A stretch of DNA of 64,000 bases from Myxococcota bacterium (GTDB taxonomy: Bacteria; Myxococcota_A; UBA9042; PHBI01; JAWLBL01), in NCBI GenBank assembly GCA_041687695.1, contig JAWLBL010000030.1:32001-96000 (forward strand), read 5' to 3'. The position numbers and the translations under genes are program-made. Below are positions 8,630-17,954 of the stretch, piece after piece (the first letter of the stretch is position 1; the number at the start of each line of letters is the position of its first letter). Below the pieces are notes generated by a model. It was not told the origin of the DNA. It did not search any database and saw only the letters and a program-made list of their open reading frames with translations.

Positions 8630-11600
8630 TCAGTACATGCCGGTCATGCGCAGGTAGAAGCCGCCGTGGTCGCGGTCGGGGTCGTCCAGCAGATCGTCCG
8701 AGAAGTCGGTGAAGTTGTAGCCGGCGCCCAGGCGCACGTGGCGGGCGATGGTGTAGGCCAGCTCGACCAGGGCGCCGTGCTGGGTCCCCCCGGCCAGCGC
8801 CGAGTGCAGCAGGCGATACTCGACCGCGGCGTCGAAGCCGTCGACCAGGTGGTAGCCCAGCCGGTTGACCCACAGGACCAGGTCGTCGGTGGCCTCGGGT
8901 GAGCCCGACAGGCGCGTGGTCACGTGCTTCCAGGCCACCTTCTCGGCCAGCTGGAAGCGCCAGGGCAGCTCGAAGATGGCGGCCACGCTGAACAGGCTGC
9001 TGAGCTGGCGCTGCGTCAGGCCCAGCGGGGCGCCGTCGGGGCCGACCAGGACCAGATCGCGGTGGCGCAGGTGGCGCGTGGCGCGCGCGACGAGGGTCAG
9101 CCAGTCCGCCTCGACCGGGCGGTAGGCCAGGCCGGCCGTGGCCTCGAGCGCCTCCTCCTCGACCGAGCGGTTGGTCAGGTTCTGGGTCAGCGTGTAGTTG
9201 CCGACGCCCAGGAAGGTCAGATCCTCGGTCAGCTTGAAGTCCAGGCCGTTCATCAGCAGCGCCTGGATGCGCTCGCTCCCGTCCTGCACCTGGTCGCCGC
9301 GGTCCCAGCGCACCTCGTAGCGCCCGCCCAGCTTCAGCCGGTCCCAGGCCAGCACCTCGAGCCCGGCGCTGACCACGTCGCGTCCGCCGCGCCCCTCGTA
9401 GCCCCCGAAGGTCTGCGTGTGCTCGTACGCGCCCGACAGCGACACGCCCTCGGCCAGCGGGAAGCGCCGCGACAGCCCCAGCACCGCCCGGTTCGTGCGC
9501 GCCGCGACCCCAGTGTCCAGGCGGTACTCGCCCCAGGCCCGCCCCAGCCCGGCCTCGTCCAGGTTCGTGTCCGCGCCCACCACGGTCGCGTGCACGAGAT
9601 CCCCCGTCTCGCGCTGGGTCTGGAACCGCTCCTCGAGGTACACGTTGGCCGAGTCGACCAGCCGCGTCCGCACCCCGACCCGCGTCGCGTTGTCGCCGTT
9701 CCACCGCAGGATCTCACCCACGCTCAGCGCGAAGTCGTCCGTCAGCTTGTAGATGAGCCCGACGTTCGTCGTCATCCGGTCGCCCAGGCTGCTGCCGACC
9801 ACCGCGTCGTCGCCCGCCAGCACGGCCTCCTGCGACAGCGTGCCCGTCAGGCGGTCCGTGAACGCCCAGCTGCCGCCCAGCGCCACCGCCGCCGTGTCGT
9901 GCACCACCCCGTCGCCGTCGTCGCGGTGCTGCGCCCACGCCCCCTCGGCCAGCAGCCCCAGCCGCCCGATGCGCCGCCGGTACTGCCCCGAGTAGCGCAG
10001 CCGAGTCAGCGCGTCGAACCGGTCCCGGTCGGTCTCGCGCTCGGTCAGCAGGACCGTGTCCAGGTCCGCCCGCAGCAGCACCTGGTCGTGCTCGGTCGGC
10101 CGGAACAGCGCCTGCCCGCCGACCTTCTCCATGCCGCGCTGCAGCGTGTGCCCCCACGCGTGGAAGCCCGGGTCCATCGACTGGTACCACCCGGTCACCC
10201 GCAGATCGAGCGCCTCCTCCCCGACCAGCTTGCCCACGTGGCTGTCCAGGCCCGCCTTGAACCCGAACCCGTGCCGCTCGCCGCCCGACCGGTCCAGCTG
10301 TCGATAGTTCAGGCCGCCGTCGTTCGACACCCGCGTCGCCCCGTCGCTCGACAGCGACTCGGCGAACTCCAGCGTCAGCCGCGTGTCCTCGGTCACGTCC
10401 ACCTTCGCGTGCGCGCCCAGCAGCTCGTAGTCCTCGCCCGCCCGCCGCTGCTCGCGCACGTAGCCGCCGCCGATCTCCAGGTGCTTGCCCAGCCGCTGCG
10501 CGCCGTGCACGCCATAGGCGTACTGCCCGGCCACCCCGCCGTCGCGCGCCTCGTAGGTCGCGACCACCCACACCTCGTGGCCGTCCAGGATCTCGCGCCC
10601 GCCGAACGGCTGCAGATCCCCGATGGTGAACAGCGCGTCCACCGTCGACGCCAGCGGCGCCTTCATCGTCACGCGCCCGTCGCGGTAGTCGACGCGGTAG
10701 TCCCGGTCGCGCAGCAGCGTGACGCGCGCCAGCTCCATGCCGGTCAGCTGCTCGCGCACCACGATCTCGATCTTGTCGGACCCCTCGATGAGCTCGCGGT
10801 GCGACAGGTAGTACAGGCTGCCGCCGGTGGCCCGCAGCTCGTCCTGGCCGCGCACCAGGGTGTCGTTGTCGTCGGTCGCGAAGCCCTGCAGGCGCGTGTC
10901 GAACCCCTCGGCCACGGCGTGGTTCAGGTCGACCTCGACGCCGTAGAACGTGCGCTGGTAGCGCAGCAGCTCGATGCCCTGCAGATCGGTCCGGAAGTTG
11001 CCGACCTTCAGCCGCGACCGGTCCGCCTCGACCAGCACGTACAGCGGCCCGCGCGCCTGCGCGTCCTGGATGTCCGCCGACGCGTCGCCGAAGACGGCGT
11101 AGTCCCGCGCCGGGTCGATGACCTGCTCGTAGAACGGCGTGAACTCGCGCCGCCGCGCCGTGTCCAGGTGCGCCGTGACGAACAGCTCCTCGGCCAGGGC
11201 CGACCCGCTGACGCGGCCCTTCAGGTACAGCGCCCCGCGCCCCTGCAGGAACACGCCGTCGGTCTCGGTGGACGTCGCCTCGGTGCGCTCGGCCAGCCGC
11301 GCCCCGACCTGTCCGACCGCGCCGTCGGCCAGCGCCAGCAGGAAGAACTCGCGGTCGGTGACCTCGACCGGCCAGGTGACGCGAGCCGTGTAGCCCGCCG
11401 CGTCGGTGCTGACGATGACCAGCTCGCTCTTGCCGGTCGGCAGCGGCGCCGTCGTGGAAAAGCGCCCCTGGTCGTCGACGCCGACCGCGACACCGTTGAC
11501 CGTCACCCGGTTGTCGGGGTGCGTCTCGCCCGCCAGGAACAGCCGGTTGGTCCCCAGCGGCAGCCCGCGCGGCGGCAGCTTCACCTTCAGCTGGTCGGCC

Positions 11601-14600
11601 GTCACCGGCTTGCCGCCCGGCGCGACCCCCGAGGGCGCCACCACGGCCTGCTCGCCCAGCGCGCGGGCCAGCGCGTCGCCGCCGAAGCGCCGCAGCGGAT
11701 CGGCGGCCAGCGCGCGCTGCTCGGCCGGCTCGAGCTTCACCGGTCCGCCCGCCGCCGGAACGTCCGCGACGACCACCCGGGTCGCGCCGCTGGGGGCCAC
11801 CACGCGCACCGCCAGCTTGCCGTTCCGAGGCCGGTCGACCGAGCGCGCAAAGGGCCCGGCGTCGGCCCCGTCCGCGGCCAGCCCCTGCACGAAGGCCGCC
11901 GCGCGCGCCTCGGCCGCCGGCGGGGACGCCAGGCTGGCGGCGTCGACGGCCGGCAGCACCCGGATCTCGACGCGCCGGTTGAACTGGCGGCTGCGCTCGT
12001 CGAAGCCCAGCCGCAGCGGCACCGTCGACCCGCGGCCGACCACCGTGAACCGGCGCGGCTCGAGGCGCAGCCGCTTGGCGAGCACGTCGGCGACGGCCAT
12101 CGCGCCGCGCCGGGTCGCCGTCATGTCCAGCTCGGGCGTGCCCGAGTCGTCGCTGTGCACCTCGACCACCAGCCGCGCGCCGGGGTTGGCCGCCAAGACC
12201 GGCCGCACGCGGTTGAGCCGCGAGATCAGCGGCCCGCGCGGCGCCATGCCGGCGTCGAACAGCTGCCCGCGCACGGTCTCCTCGTACAGCGGCGCGCCCG
12301 CGGCCCCCCAGCTGACGCCCAGCACCACGTCGGGGCTCACCGCCAGGCCGGCCGCCGGGTGCGCCACGTGCAGCCGCACCCGGTGCAGGGCCCCACGCTC
12401 CAGCACGCTGGCCGTGCCCGCGGGGTCCAGGCCGCGCCAGACGATCTCGTCGGGCGGCGCCCCCTGCCCGAACAGCTCGCGCACCAGCTGGTCGTTGCCG
12501 TCGCCGACGCGCACCACCTCGAGGCGCCAGGTCGCGCCCGTCGCGTCGGGCAGCGTCACCCTGGGCTGGAAGGTCAGCGGCGCTTCCAGCGCCAGCGGCG
12601 CCCAGGGGACGTTGACGGCGCGGGTCGGCGCTGCGCCGGGCAGGCGCACGGTCAGATCGGCGGCCAGGTCGGGCAGCGTCCGGCCGTCCAGGCTCAGGGC
12701 CAGCGTGCGGGTGTCGCCCGCCACGGTGACCACCGGCAGCGGCGCCAGCGCGACCTCGCCCGGCGGCGCCTGGCCGGCCTGGGCGGGCGCCTCGGCGCGC
12801 CCGGCGCTGACGACCTCGTGGGGGCAGGTCACGCCGAAGCGCACCTGCAACACCAGGCCCGGCGTGAAGTAGACCAGGCGCCGCACCGGCGTGGTGGGCT
12901 TCGCGCCCGGCGGCAGGGTGGCCTCGTCGACCTTGAACAGGTGCTGCCCGGGCTCGAGCTTCTTCAGGTGGAACTGCCCGGCGCGGTCCGTGTCGGAGAA
13001 CCAGCCGTGGTCGGCGTAGACGCGCACGCCGCCCAGGCCCCCTTCGCCGGGGTCCTGCTCGCCGTCGCCGTCCGCGTCGCAGAAGACCTGGCCCAGGACC
13101 AGGCTCTCGTCGAACTCGGCCTCACGCTCGAGGCGCACGACGGCCGCGCTCTGCGGCGTCAGCGCCTCGCCGCCCATCCGCAGGGCCAGGGCGCGGACGG
13201 TGTGCTCGGCGTCGACGGCGGCCGAGGGCGCCGCGACGGCCTGCAGCGTGACGAGCTGGCGCGCGCCGGCGAGCAGCTCGAGGCCCGCGAGCGCGCCGTC
13301 CTCGTCCGACACACCCAGCAGCAGCGTCCGGCGGTCGTCGGGTTCGCGCAGCGGCACCAGGGTGCCGGCCGCGTTGCGCAGGCGCGCGCTGCCCGAGACG
13401 TAGCGCAGGCCTTCGGGCAGGCGCACCTCGAGGGCCAGCGCGCCCTCGGCGCCGGGCGTGAAGTCGAGGGTGCCCTCGTTGCGCAGCTCGAGCGTGAAGG
13501 TGGCGGCCTCGCCGCGGCGGAGGGTGCGATCGAGCGCGGTGAGCGTCAGCGAGACCTGGGCGACGGCCGGGTCGAGGGCCAGGTGGTTGTGCGAGAAGGC
13601 GGCGGCGCCGGGCGCGGGGGCCCACAGCAGGAACCAGGGCGGCGCGGTCGCGGCGGCGAGCGGATCGGCCTGCGCGGTGACGGCGCCGGTGGGGCCGGTG
13701 ACGCCGGGGCCCACTTGGGGCGGGAAGCGGCGCGAGGGGAAGAGGAGATCGCTGCCCTGGGTGACGACCTCGAGGCGGTAGCGGCGCTCGGGGGGCAGGT
13801 CGAAGCGGTACAGGCCGTGGCGGCCCAGCGCCTGGTCTTGCTGGCCCAGGCCGAGCAGCTCGGCGGGGACGGGCTGCCCCGGGGCCAGCGGGTCGTCGTC
13901 GGCGTACAGGGCGCGGACCGGCAGGCCGGTGACCAGCGTGCGATCGTCGGTGCGCCACACGCGCCCCGAGGGGGTGACGGCCAGCTCGAAGCGGTTCGTG
14001 TTGGCGGTGACCTCGCGGATCTCGCGGTGGAACTGGGCGCCGGTGTCCGACAGCACGACCAGCTGGTAGCGGTCCAGCGGCAGGTCGGGCAGGACCGCGG
14101 CGCCGTCGGGACCGGCGATCGCGGCGGCAACGGGGGCGCCGGGCAGCGGGCCCGCGTCGCCGTCGGCCGGGGCGGGGTACAGGCGAACGCGGAAGCCGGG
14201 CAGGGCGAAGTCGGCGCTGCGGGTGAAGGCGCCGTCGCCGTCGCGATCTTCGTAGAGCTGGACCACCAGGCGCTGGGTGACGGCCGAGACGCCCACGGTG
14301 ACGCAAGCGGGCTCGCTGAGCAGCGGTGGGCGGCCCGACAAGGCGAGCTGGGCCGTGTTGCAGATGGCGGCGCCGTCGTTCAGCGCCGGCTTGACGGTGG
14401 CGCGGATGACCACGGTGGCCGGCGCGTCGGGGGTGGCGGTGAGGCCCTCGACCACGACCCGGGGCCCCTGGCCGGGCGAGGGCGGGGCGACGGTGGTCTT
14501 GGCGCCGGGGGGCGCCTCGACGCCCGCAAGGTCGACGGTCGGGGGCAGCGGGTCCTCGAGGCGCAGCGGGCCGGGCAGGGTGGGGCCGTCGACGTGCAGG

Positions 14601-16156
14601 TCGACCGTGTAGACGAGGGTGTCACCGGGGGCGACGGCGCCGCCGTTGGGGTCGGCGACGCGCTTTTCGACGCGCACGGCCGGCGGGGGCGGGGCGTCGG
14701 TGAGCTTGACGACGGCGGGGCCGACCGGGTGGGCGATGGGCTTGGCGGCGCCGGGGTAGCCGTAGGTCAGGCGGGCCAGGGCCTGGATCTGGTCGAGCTG
14801 CGTCGTGGGCAGGACGCGCAGGGTGAAGGTGACGGAGCGCGCCTGGTTCGGCTGGACCAGGCCGATGTTCACGCCGGAGGCCAGCTGCTGCGCGGTGATG
14901 GGGGTGTCGCCCAGGAACATCGTCCCGGGGACCACCTCGGTGCCGGGGGGCGGGAAGCTCTCGATGCGCGCGACCAGGTTCAGCGAGTGGATGGAGCCCT
15001 CGTTGACCAGATCGAGCGTGAACTTCACGTGCTCGCCCTTGGCGACCTCTTCGCGATCGGCGGTCAGGACGGACTTGGGCCCCTTGAAGCTGGGGGCGAG
15101 GCGGCTGATCGACAGGACCGAGTAGCCGAAGAAGAACACCTCGCCGTGGCCGTGGGAGGCGGGCTGGAACGAGACCACGCCGTCGCCCGAGCCGACCTGG
15201 ATGGTGGCCTGGGTCTGGCCGGGCTTGACCAGGTGCGACACGTCGACCGTGTCGATGTCGACGCCGAGGCCGTTGGAGCTGTTGAAGAAGTTCTTGGGCC
15301 AGCCCTTCTCGTCGGCCAGCTCGGTGCCGTTGAAGCGCAGGAAGTCCCAGCAGTGGCTGCACTGCACCGACGGGTCGGGGTCGGTGTCCTGGGGCGGGAC
15401 GCCGAGCGCGAAGTCGCCCTCGAGGGCGAAGGTGGTGAAGGTGGCCTGGGCGGGGTCGCCGACGTTGAAGCCGTCGATGGTGAAGGTGGCGATGCCGGCG
15501 GACTCGGGGGTCTCGTCGAGCATCATGAAGGCGTCGTACAGCAGCACGTCGCGCAGCATCGGCTCGCTGGGGGCCTCCCAGACCAGGACCAGGGACCAGC
15601 CGGCGTATTTCGCCTGGCAGCCGTTGCTGTTCGGGGCGCACTGCTTGGGGTTGAAGGGGTCGATGGCGCCGGGCTGGGCGTCGACGCCGCTGACGGACCA
15701 GGCGCCGGTCAGCTGCGGGGCGTCCTGCAGCGCGGCGGTCACGTCGGCGCGGCAGTAGTAGAAGCTGCCCAGCTGCGGGGTCCCGCGCTGCCGGCAGTCG
15801 TCGGCCTGGACGCCGATCGCGCCGCCGCTGGGCAGCTGGAGCGTCGCCGAGCTGTCGGGCGGGCCGTCCTTGCTGCCGCTCCAGAACAGGTAGGCGCCGG
15901 CGATCGTGGCGTCCTCGGGGATGGCGGCGGCCGTGACGACGGCGCTGGAGGACGGCAGCAGCTGGGCGTTGACCAGCGGGTTCTGCGGCGCGGTCGCCAT
16001 CAGCGTGTTGCCCACGCCGACGGCGCGGCCATAGACCGCGTGCTGCTTCCACAGCGTGGGCGGCTCGCCCAGGACGACGGCGCGGGCCGGGCCGAGCCAC
16101 CCGGCGGCGAGCGCGCACGCGACCAGGAGGGCGCCCAGGGAGGGGGTGCGGACCAT
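8630..16156 (-). CDS. Giant (2508 aa) outer-membrane protein: DUF11/Ig-like and SdrD-B-like repeats, OmpA-like domain, C-terminal beta-barrel
   Basis: Signal peptide; DUF11-like PGDTLVYTV; Ca-loop motifs YEDRDGDG and FCDADGDGEQDPGE; OmpA-like HSDDSG...NRRVEI; amphipathic strands ending GYNFTDFSDDL...FYLRMTGMY. Confidence 0.75.
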   Translation of the reverse strand: MVRTPSLGALLVACALAAGWLGPARAVVLGEPPTLWKQHAVYGRAVGVGNTLMATAPQNPLVNAQLLPSSSAVVTAAAIPEDATIAGAYLFWSGSKDGPPDSSATLQLPSGGAIGVQADDCRQRGTPQLGSFYYCRADVTAALQDAPQLTGAWSVSGVDAQPGAIDPFNPKQCAPNSNGCQAKYAGWSLVLVWEAPSEPMLRDVLLYDAFMMLDETPESAGIATFTIDGFNVGDPAQATFTTFALEGDFALGVPPQDTDPDPSVQCSHCWDFLRFNGTELADEKGWPKNFFNSSNGLGVDIDTVDVSHLVKPGQTQATIQVGSGDGVVSFQPASHGHGEVFFFGYSVLSISRLAPSFKGPKSVLTADREEVAKGEHVKFTLDLVNEGSIHSLNLVARIESFPPPGTEVVPGTMFLGDTPITAQQLASGVNIGLVQPNQARSVTFTLRVLPTTQLDQIQALARLTYGYPGAAKPIAHPVGPAVVKLTDAPPPPAVRVEKRVADPNGGAVAPGDTLVYTVDLHVDGPTLPGPLRLEDPLPPTVDLAGVEAPPGAKTTVAPPSPGQGPRVVVEGLTATPDAPATVVIRATVKPALNDGAAICNTAQLALSGRPPLLSEPACVTVGVSAVTQRLVVQLYEDRDGDGAFTRSADFALPGFRVRLYPAPADGDAGPLPGAPVAAAIAGPDGAAVLPDLPLDRYQLVVLSDTGAQFHREIREVTANTNRFELAVTPSGRVWRTDDRTLVTGLPVRALYADDDPLAPGQPVPAELLGLGQQDQALGRHGLYRFDLPPERRYRLEVVTQGSDLLFPSRRFPPQVGPGVTGPTGAVTAQADPLAAATAPPWFLLWAPAPGAAAFSHNHLALDPAVAQVSLTLTALDRTLRRGEAATFTLELRNEGTLDFTPGAEGALALEVRLPEGLRYVSGSARLRNAAGTLVPLREPDDRRTLLLGVSDEDGALAGLELLAGARQLVTLQAVAAPSAAVDAEHTVRALALRMGGEALTPQSAAVVRLEREAEFDESLVLGQVFCDADGDGEQDPGEGGLGGVRVYADHGWFSDTDRAGQFHLKKLEPGQHLFKVDEATLPPGAKPTTPVRRLVYFTPGLVLQVRFGVTCPHEVVSAGRAEAPAQAGQAPPGEVALAPLPVVTVAGDTRTLALSLDGRTLPDLAADLTVRLPGAAPTRAVNVPWAPLALEAPLTFQPRVTLPDATGATWRLEVVRVGDGNDQLVRELFGQGAPPDEIVWRGLDPAGTASVLERGALHRVRLHVAHPAAGLAVSPDVVLGVSWGAAGAPLYEETVRGQLFDAGMAPRGPLISRLNRVRPVLAANPGARLVVEVHSDDSGTPELDMTATRRGAMAVADVLAKRLRLEPRRFTVVGRGSTVPLRLGFDERSRQFNRRVEIRVLPAVDAASLASPPAAEARAAAFVQGLAADGADAGPFARSVDRPRNGKLAVRVVAPSGATRVVVADVPAAGGPVKLEPAEQRALAADPLRRFGGDALARALGEQAVVAPSGVAPGGKPVTADQLKVKLPPRGLPLGTNRLFLAGETHPDNRVTVNGVAVGVDDQGRFSTTAPLPTGKSELVIVSTDAAGYTARVTWPVEVTDREFFLLALADGAVGQVGARLAERTEATSTETDGVFLQGRGALYLKGRVSGSALAEELFVTAHLDTARRREFTPFYEQVIDPARDYAVFGDASADIQDAQARGPLYVLVEADRSRLKVGNFRTDLQGIELLRYQRTFYGVEVDLNHAVAEGFDTRLQGFATDDNDTLVRGQDELRATGGSLYYLSHRELIEGSDKIEIVVREQLTGMELARVTLLRDRDYRVDYRDGRVTMKAPLASTVDALFTIGDLQPFGGREILDGHEVWVVATYEARDGGVAGQYAYGVHGAQRLGKHLEIGGGYVREQRRAGEDYELLGAHAKVDVTEDTRLTLEFAESLSSDGATRVSNDGGLNYRQLDRSGGERHGFGFKAGLDSHVGKLVGEEALDLRVTGWYQSMDPGFHAWGHTLQRGMEKVGGQALFRPTEHDQVLLRADLDTVLLTERETDRDRFDALTRLRYSGQYRRRIGRLGLLAEGAWAQHRDDGDGVVHDTAAVALGGSWAFTDRLTGTLSQEAVLAGDDAVVGSSLGDRMTTNVGLIYKLTDDFALSVGEILRWNGDNATRVGVRTRLVDSANVYLEERFQTQRETGDLVHATVVGADTNLDEAGLGRAWGEYRLDTGVAARTNRAVLGLSRRFPLAEGVSLSGAYEHTQTFGGYEGRGGRDVVSAGLEVLAWDRLKLGGRYEVRWDRGDQVQDGSERIQALLMNGLDFKLTEDLTFLGVGNYTLTQNLTNRSVEEEALEATAGLAYRPVEADWLTLVARATRHLRHRDLVLVGPDGAPLGLTQRQLSSLFSVAAIFELPWRFQLAEKVAWKHVTTRLSGSPEATDDLVLWVNRLGYHLVDGFDAAVEYRLLHSALAGGTQHGALVELAYTIARHVRLGAGYNFTDFSDDLLDDPDRDHGGFYLRMTGMY

Positions 16157-16328
16157 CGTGCTCCGATCGGGAAGACCGGCGGCGCGAGGGAGGGTGGCCG
16201 CCGGAAAAGCCCGCGCATGCTAGCGCGAGCCTTTGTCGCGATCCAATTCGTCCCGAGGCGTCAACGTCGGGTGCCGTTTCGGCGCGTCCCTGCAGGGGCG
16301 TCGGACGCGGAGGTCGCCCCGCTCGGGC

Positions 16329-17954
16329 CTACTCGGGGTTGAAGAGCAGGAGGTTCGTCGGGTGCGTCAGGGCGCCGGCGCCGTCGGTGCCGATGCCGCC
16401 GACCAGCAGGGCCATCCCGCTCTCGAGCGACGCGGCCTGCGCGCCGGCCAGGAACTGCGGCAGGTAGGGCACGCCCCCCGCCGCGCTGGGGGCCACCGCG
16501 ATGACGAAGATGTTGTTGGTCGGATCGAGGAACTCGTGGATGACCTCTACGTCACCCAGCAGCGCCCCGCCCGGTCCCACGCCGCCCGCCAGCAGCACGC
16601 CGTTGCGCGGCAGGGCCGCCGCCGTGTGGCCGCCGCGCGGGGTGGCCAGCTGGAAGCCGCCGATCTCGTTCTGGAAGACGTTGTTGCCGATGTCGTAGAC
16701 GCTGATCGCGCTCGAGGCCGCGCTGCGATCGAGCGCCGTGAAGCCGCCCGCCAGGTAGATGTAGCCGCGGCTCTCCACCCAGGTCGCCGTGTGCTGCGTC
16801 CGGCCCTCGCCCAGGCCGGTCGGCAGCGGGAACATGACGTCGCCGCCGATGTCGTAGACCAGCGCCGAGGCGAGCGGCCCGTCGTCGGACTCGCCGCCCG
16901 TGATGAGCACGTAGGGGCTGGCCTGGCCGGGGATCTCGAACAGCGTCGCCTGGTGATGGCGGCGCGGCGAGCCGTCGGGCAGGTCGGCCCGCTTCTGCAT
17001 CCCGGTCAGCGGGTTCCAGATCTCGTAGGTGCCCACCCCGTCCATGTCGCCGCCGACGAACAGGATGGTGTGCGAGAAGCCGTCGACCAGCGTCGCCGTG
17101 TGCCCGGCGCGGGCCTTGTCGAGCTGCCGGTCGAGCCGGTCGACCGTGCCGGTGGGGCCAGGGTTGTAGACGTCGACGTCCTTGCGCGCGACCGGCGGGC
17201 CTCCGTCGACCGGGGCCCACCCGCCCGCGAGCAGGACCTGCCCGGTCTCGAGCGCCGTGCCGGTGTGCCACACGCGCCCCTGCACCATCGCGGCGTGCGG
17301 GCGGCGCGTGTTGGTCCGCTCCTCGATCACCTCGACGGCGTTGCTGATGGCGGCCACGCCCTCGCCCGTCCACCACGGGTCCGACGCGTCGGCCAGCGTG
17401 CCTCCGCCGGCCACGACGATCTCGCCGCGCACCGTGCGCGTGACCGTGTGCCCGACGCGCCCCTGGCTCAAGGCCTGCGGCGCGCGCTGCACGGCGTCGG
17501 CCATGGGGAAGATCGAGTTGACGCGCGCCATCAGCACGTTGAGCGCCTGCTCGCCGCCGCCCTGCTGCACGCGGGCGCGCACGCTGCGTCCTCGGCTGAC
17601 CACCGCGCCCGGTTTGCCCGAGGCGTTGCGGGTCCAGCCCTCGATGGTCACCTGCCGCCCGTTGCCGAACGGGATGCCCTCGAGCGAGGCCGAGCCCTCG
17701 CTCGAGAAGGAGACCACCTTCTCGTAGGCCTGCGAGAGCCCGTCGCCCTCGACCAGCACCCGCAAAAAGCCCACGTTCTCGAAGGGGTCGGGCGCGCCGG
17801 GCGCGGTGTACAGCGCCACCGCCAGGCCCTTCTCCGACGGCGCCTCGTCACAGGCCGCCATCCCGAACCCGGCGAGCGCCCCGAAGAGCCCCGCCGCGCG
17901 GAGCCAACCGAACGCCCTGCCCACGCCAACGCTCCCAAGCACCTTCGACGTCAC
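16329..17954 (-). CDS. Kelch-repeat lipoprotein
   Basis: GTG start at 17954 overlaps the upstream stop and has an RBS (GGAGGAG). Lipobox MAA-C. Kelch repeats RVGHT, RVWHT, RAGHTAT, RTQHTAT and RGGHTA with LAGG/VGG. Confidence 0.8.
   Translation of the reverse strand: MTSKVLGSVGVGRAFGWLRAAGLFGALAGFGMAACDEAPSEKGLAVALYTAPGAPDPFENVGFLRVLVEGDGLSQAYEKVVSFSSEGSASLEGIPFGNGRQVTIEGWTRNASGKPGAVVSRGRSVRARVQQGGGEQALNVLMARVNSIFPMADAVQRAPQALSQGRVGHTVTRTVRGEIVVAGGGTLADASDPWWTGEGVAAISNAVEVIEERTNTRRPHAAMVQGRVWHTGTALETGQVLLAGGWAPVDGGPPVARKDVDVYNPGPTGTVDRLDRQLDKARAGHTATLVDGFSHTILFVGGDMDGVGTYEIWNPLTGMQKRADLPDGSPRRHHQATLFEIPGQASPYVLITGGESDDGPLASALVYDIGGDVMFPLPTGLGEGRTQHTATWVESRGYIYLAGGFTALDRSAASSAISVYDIGNNVFQNEIGGFQLATPRGGHTAAALPRNGVLLAGGVGPGGALLGDVEVIHEFLDPTNNIFVIAVAPSAAGGVPYLPQFLAGAQAASLESGMALLVGGIGTDGAGALTHPTNLLLFNPE

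Noticed and set aside
8924..16342. Very long opposite-strand ORFs (2472 aa here; also 4769-8494, 2245-4752, 43628-46474 and others)
   Set aside because: These are antisense shadows of real genes caused by high GC3. They have no motifs and Arg/Gly/Val-biased translations.
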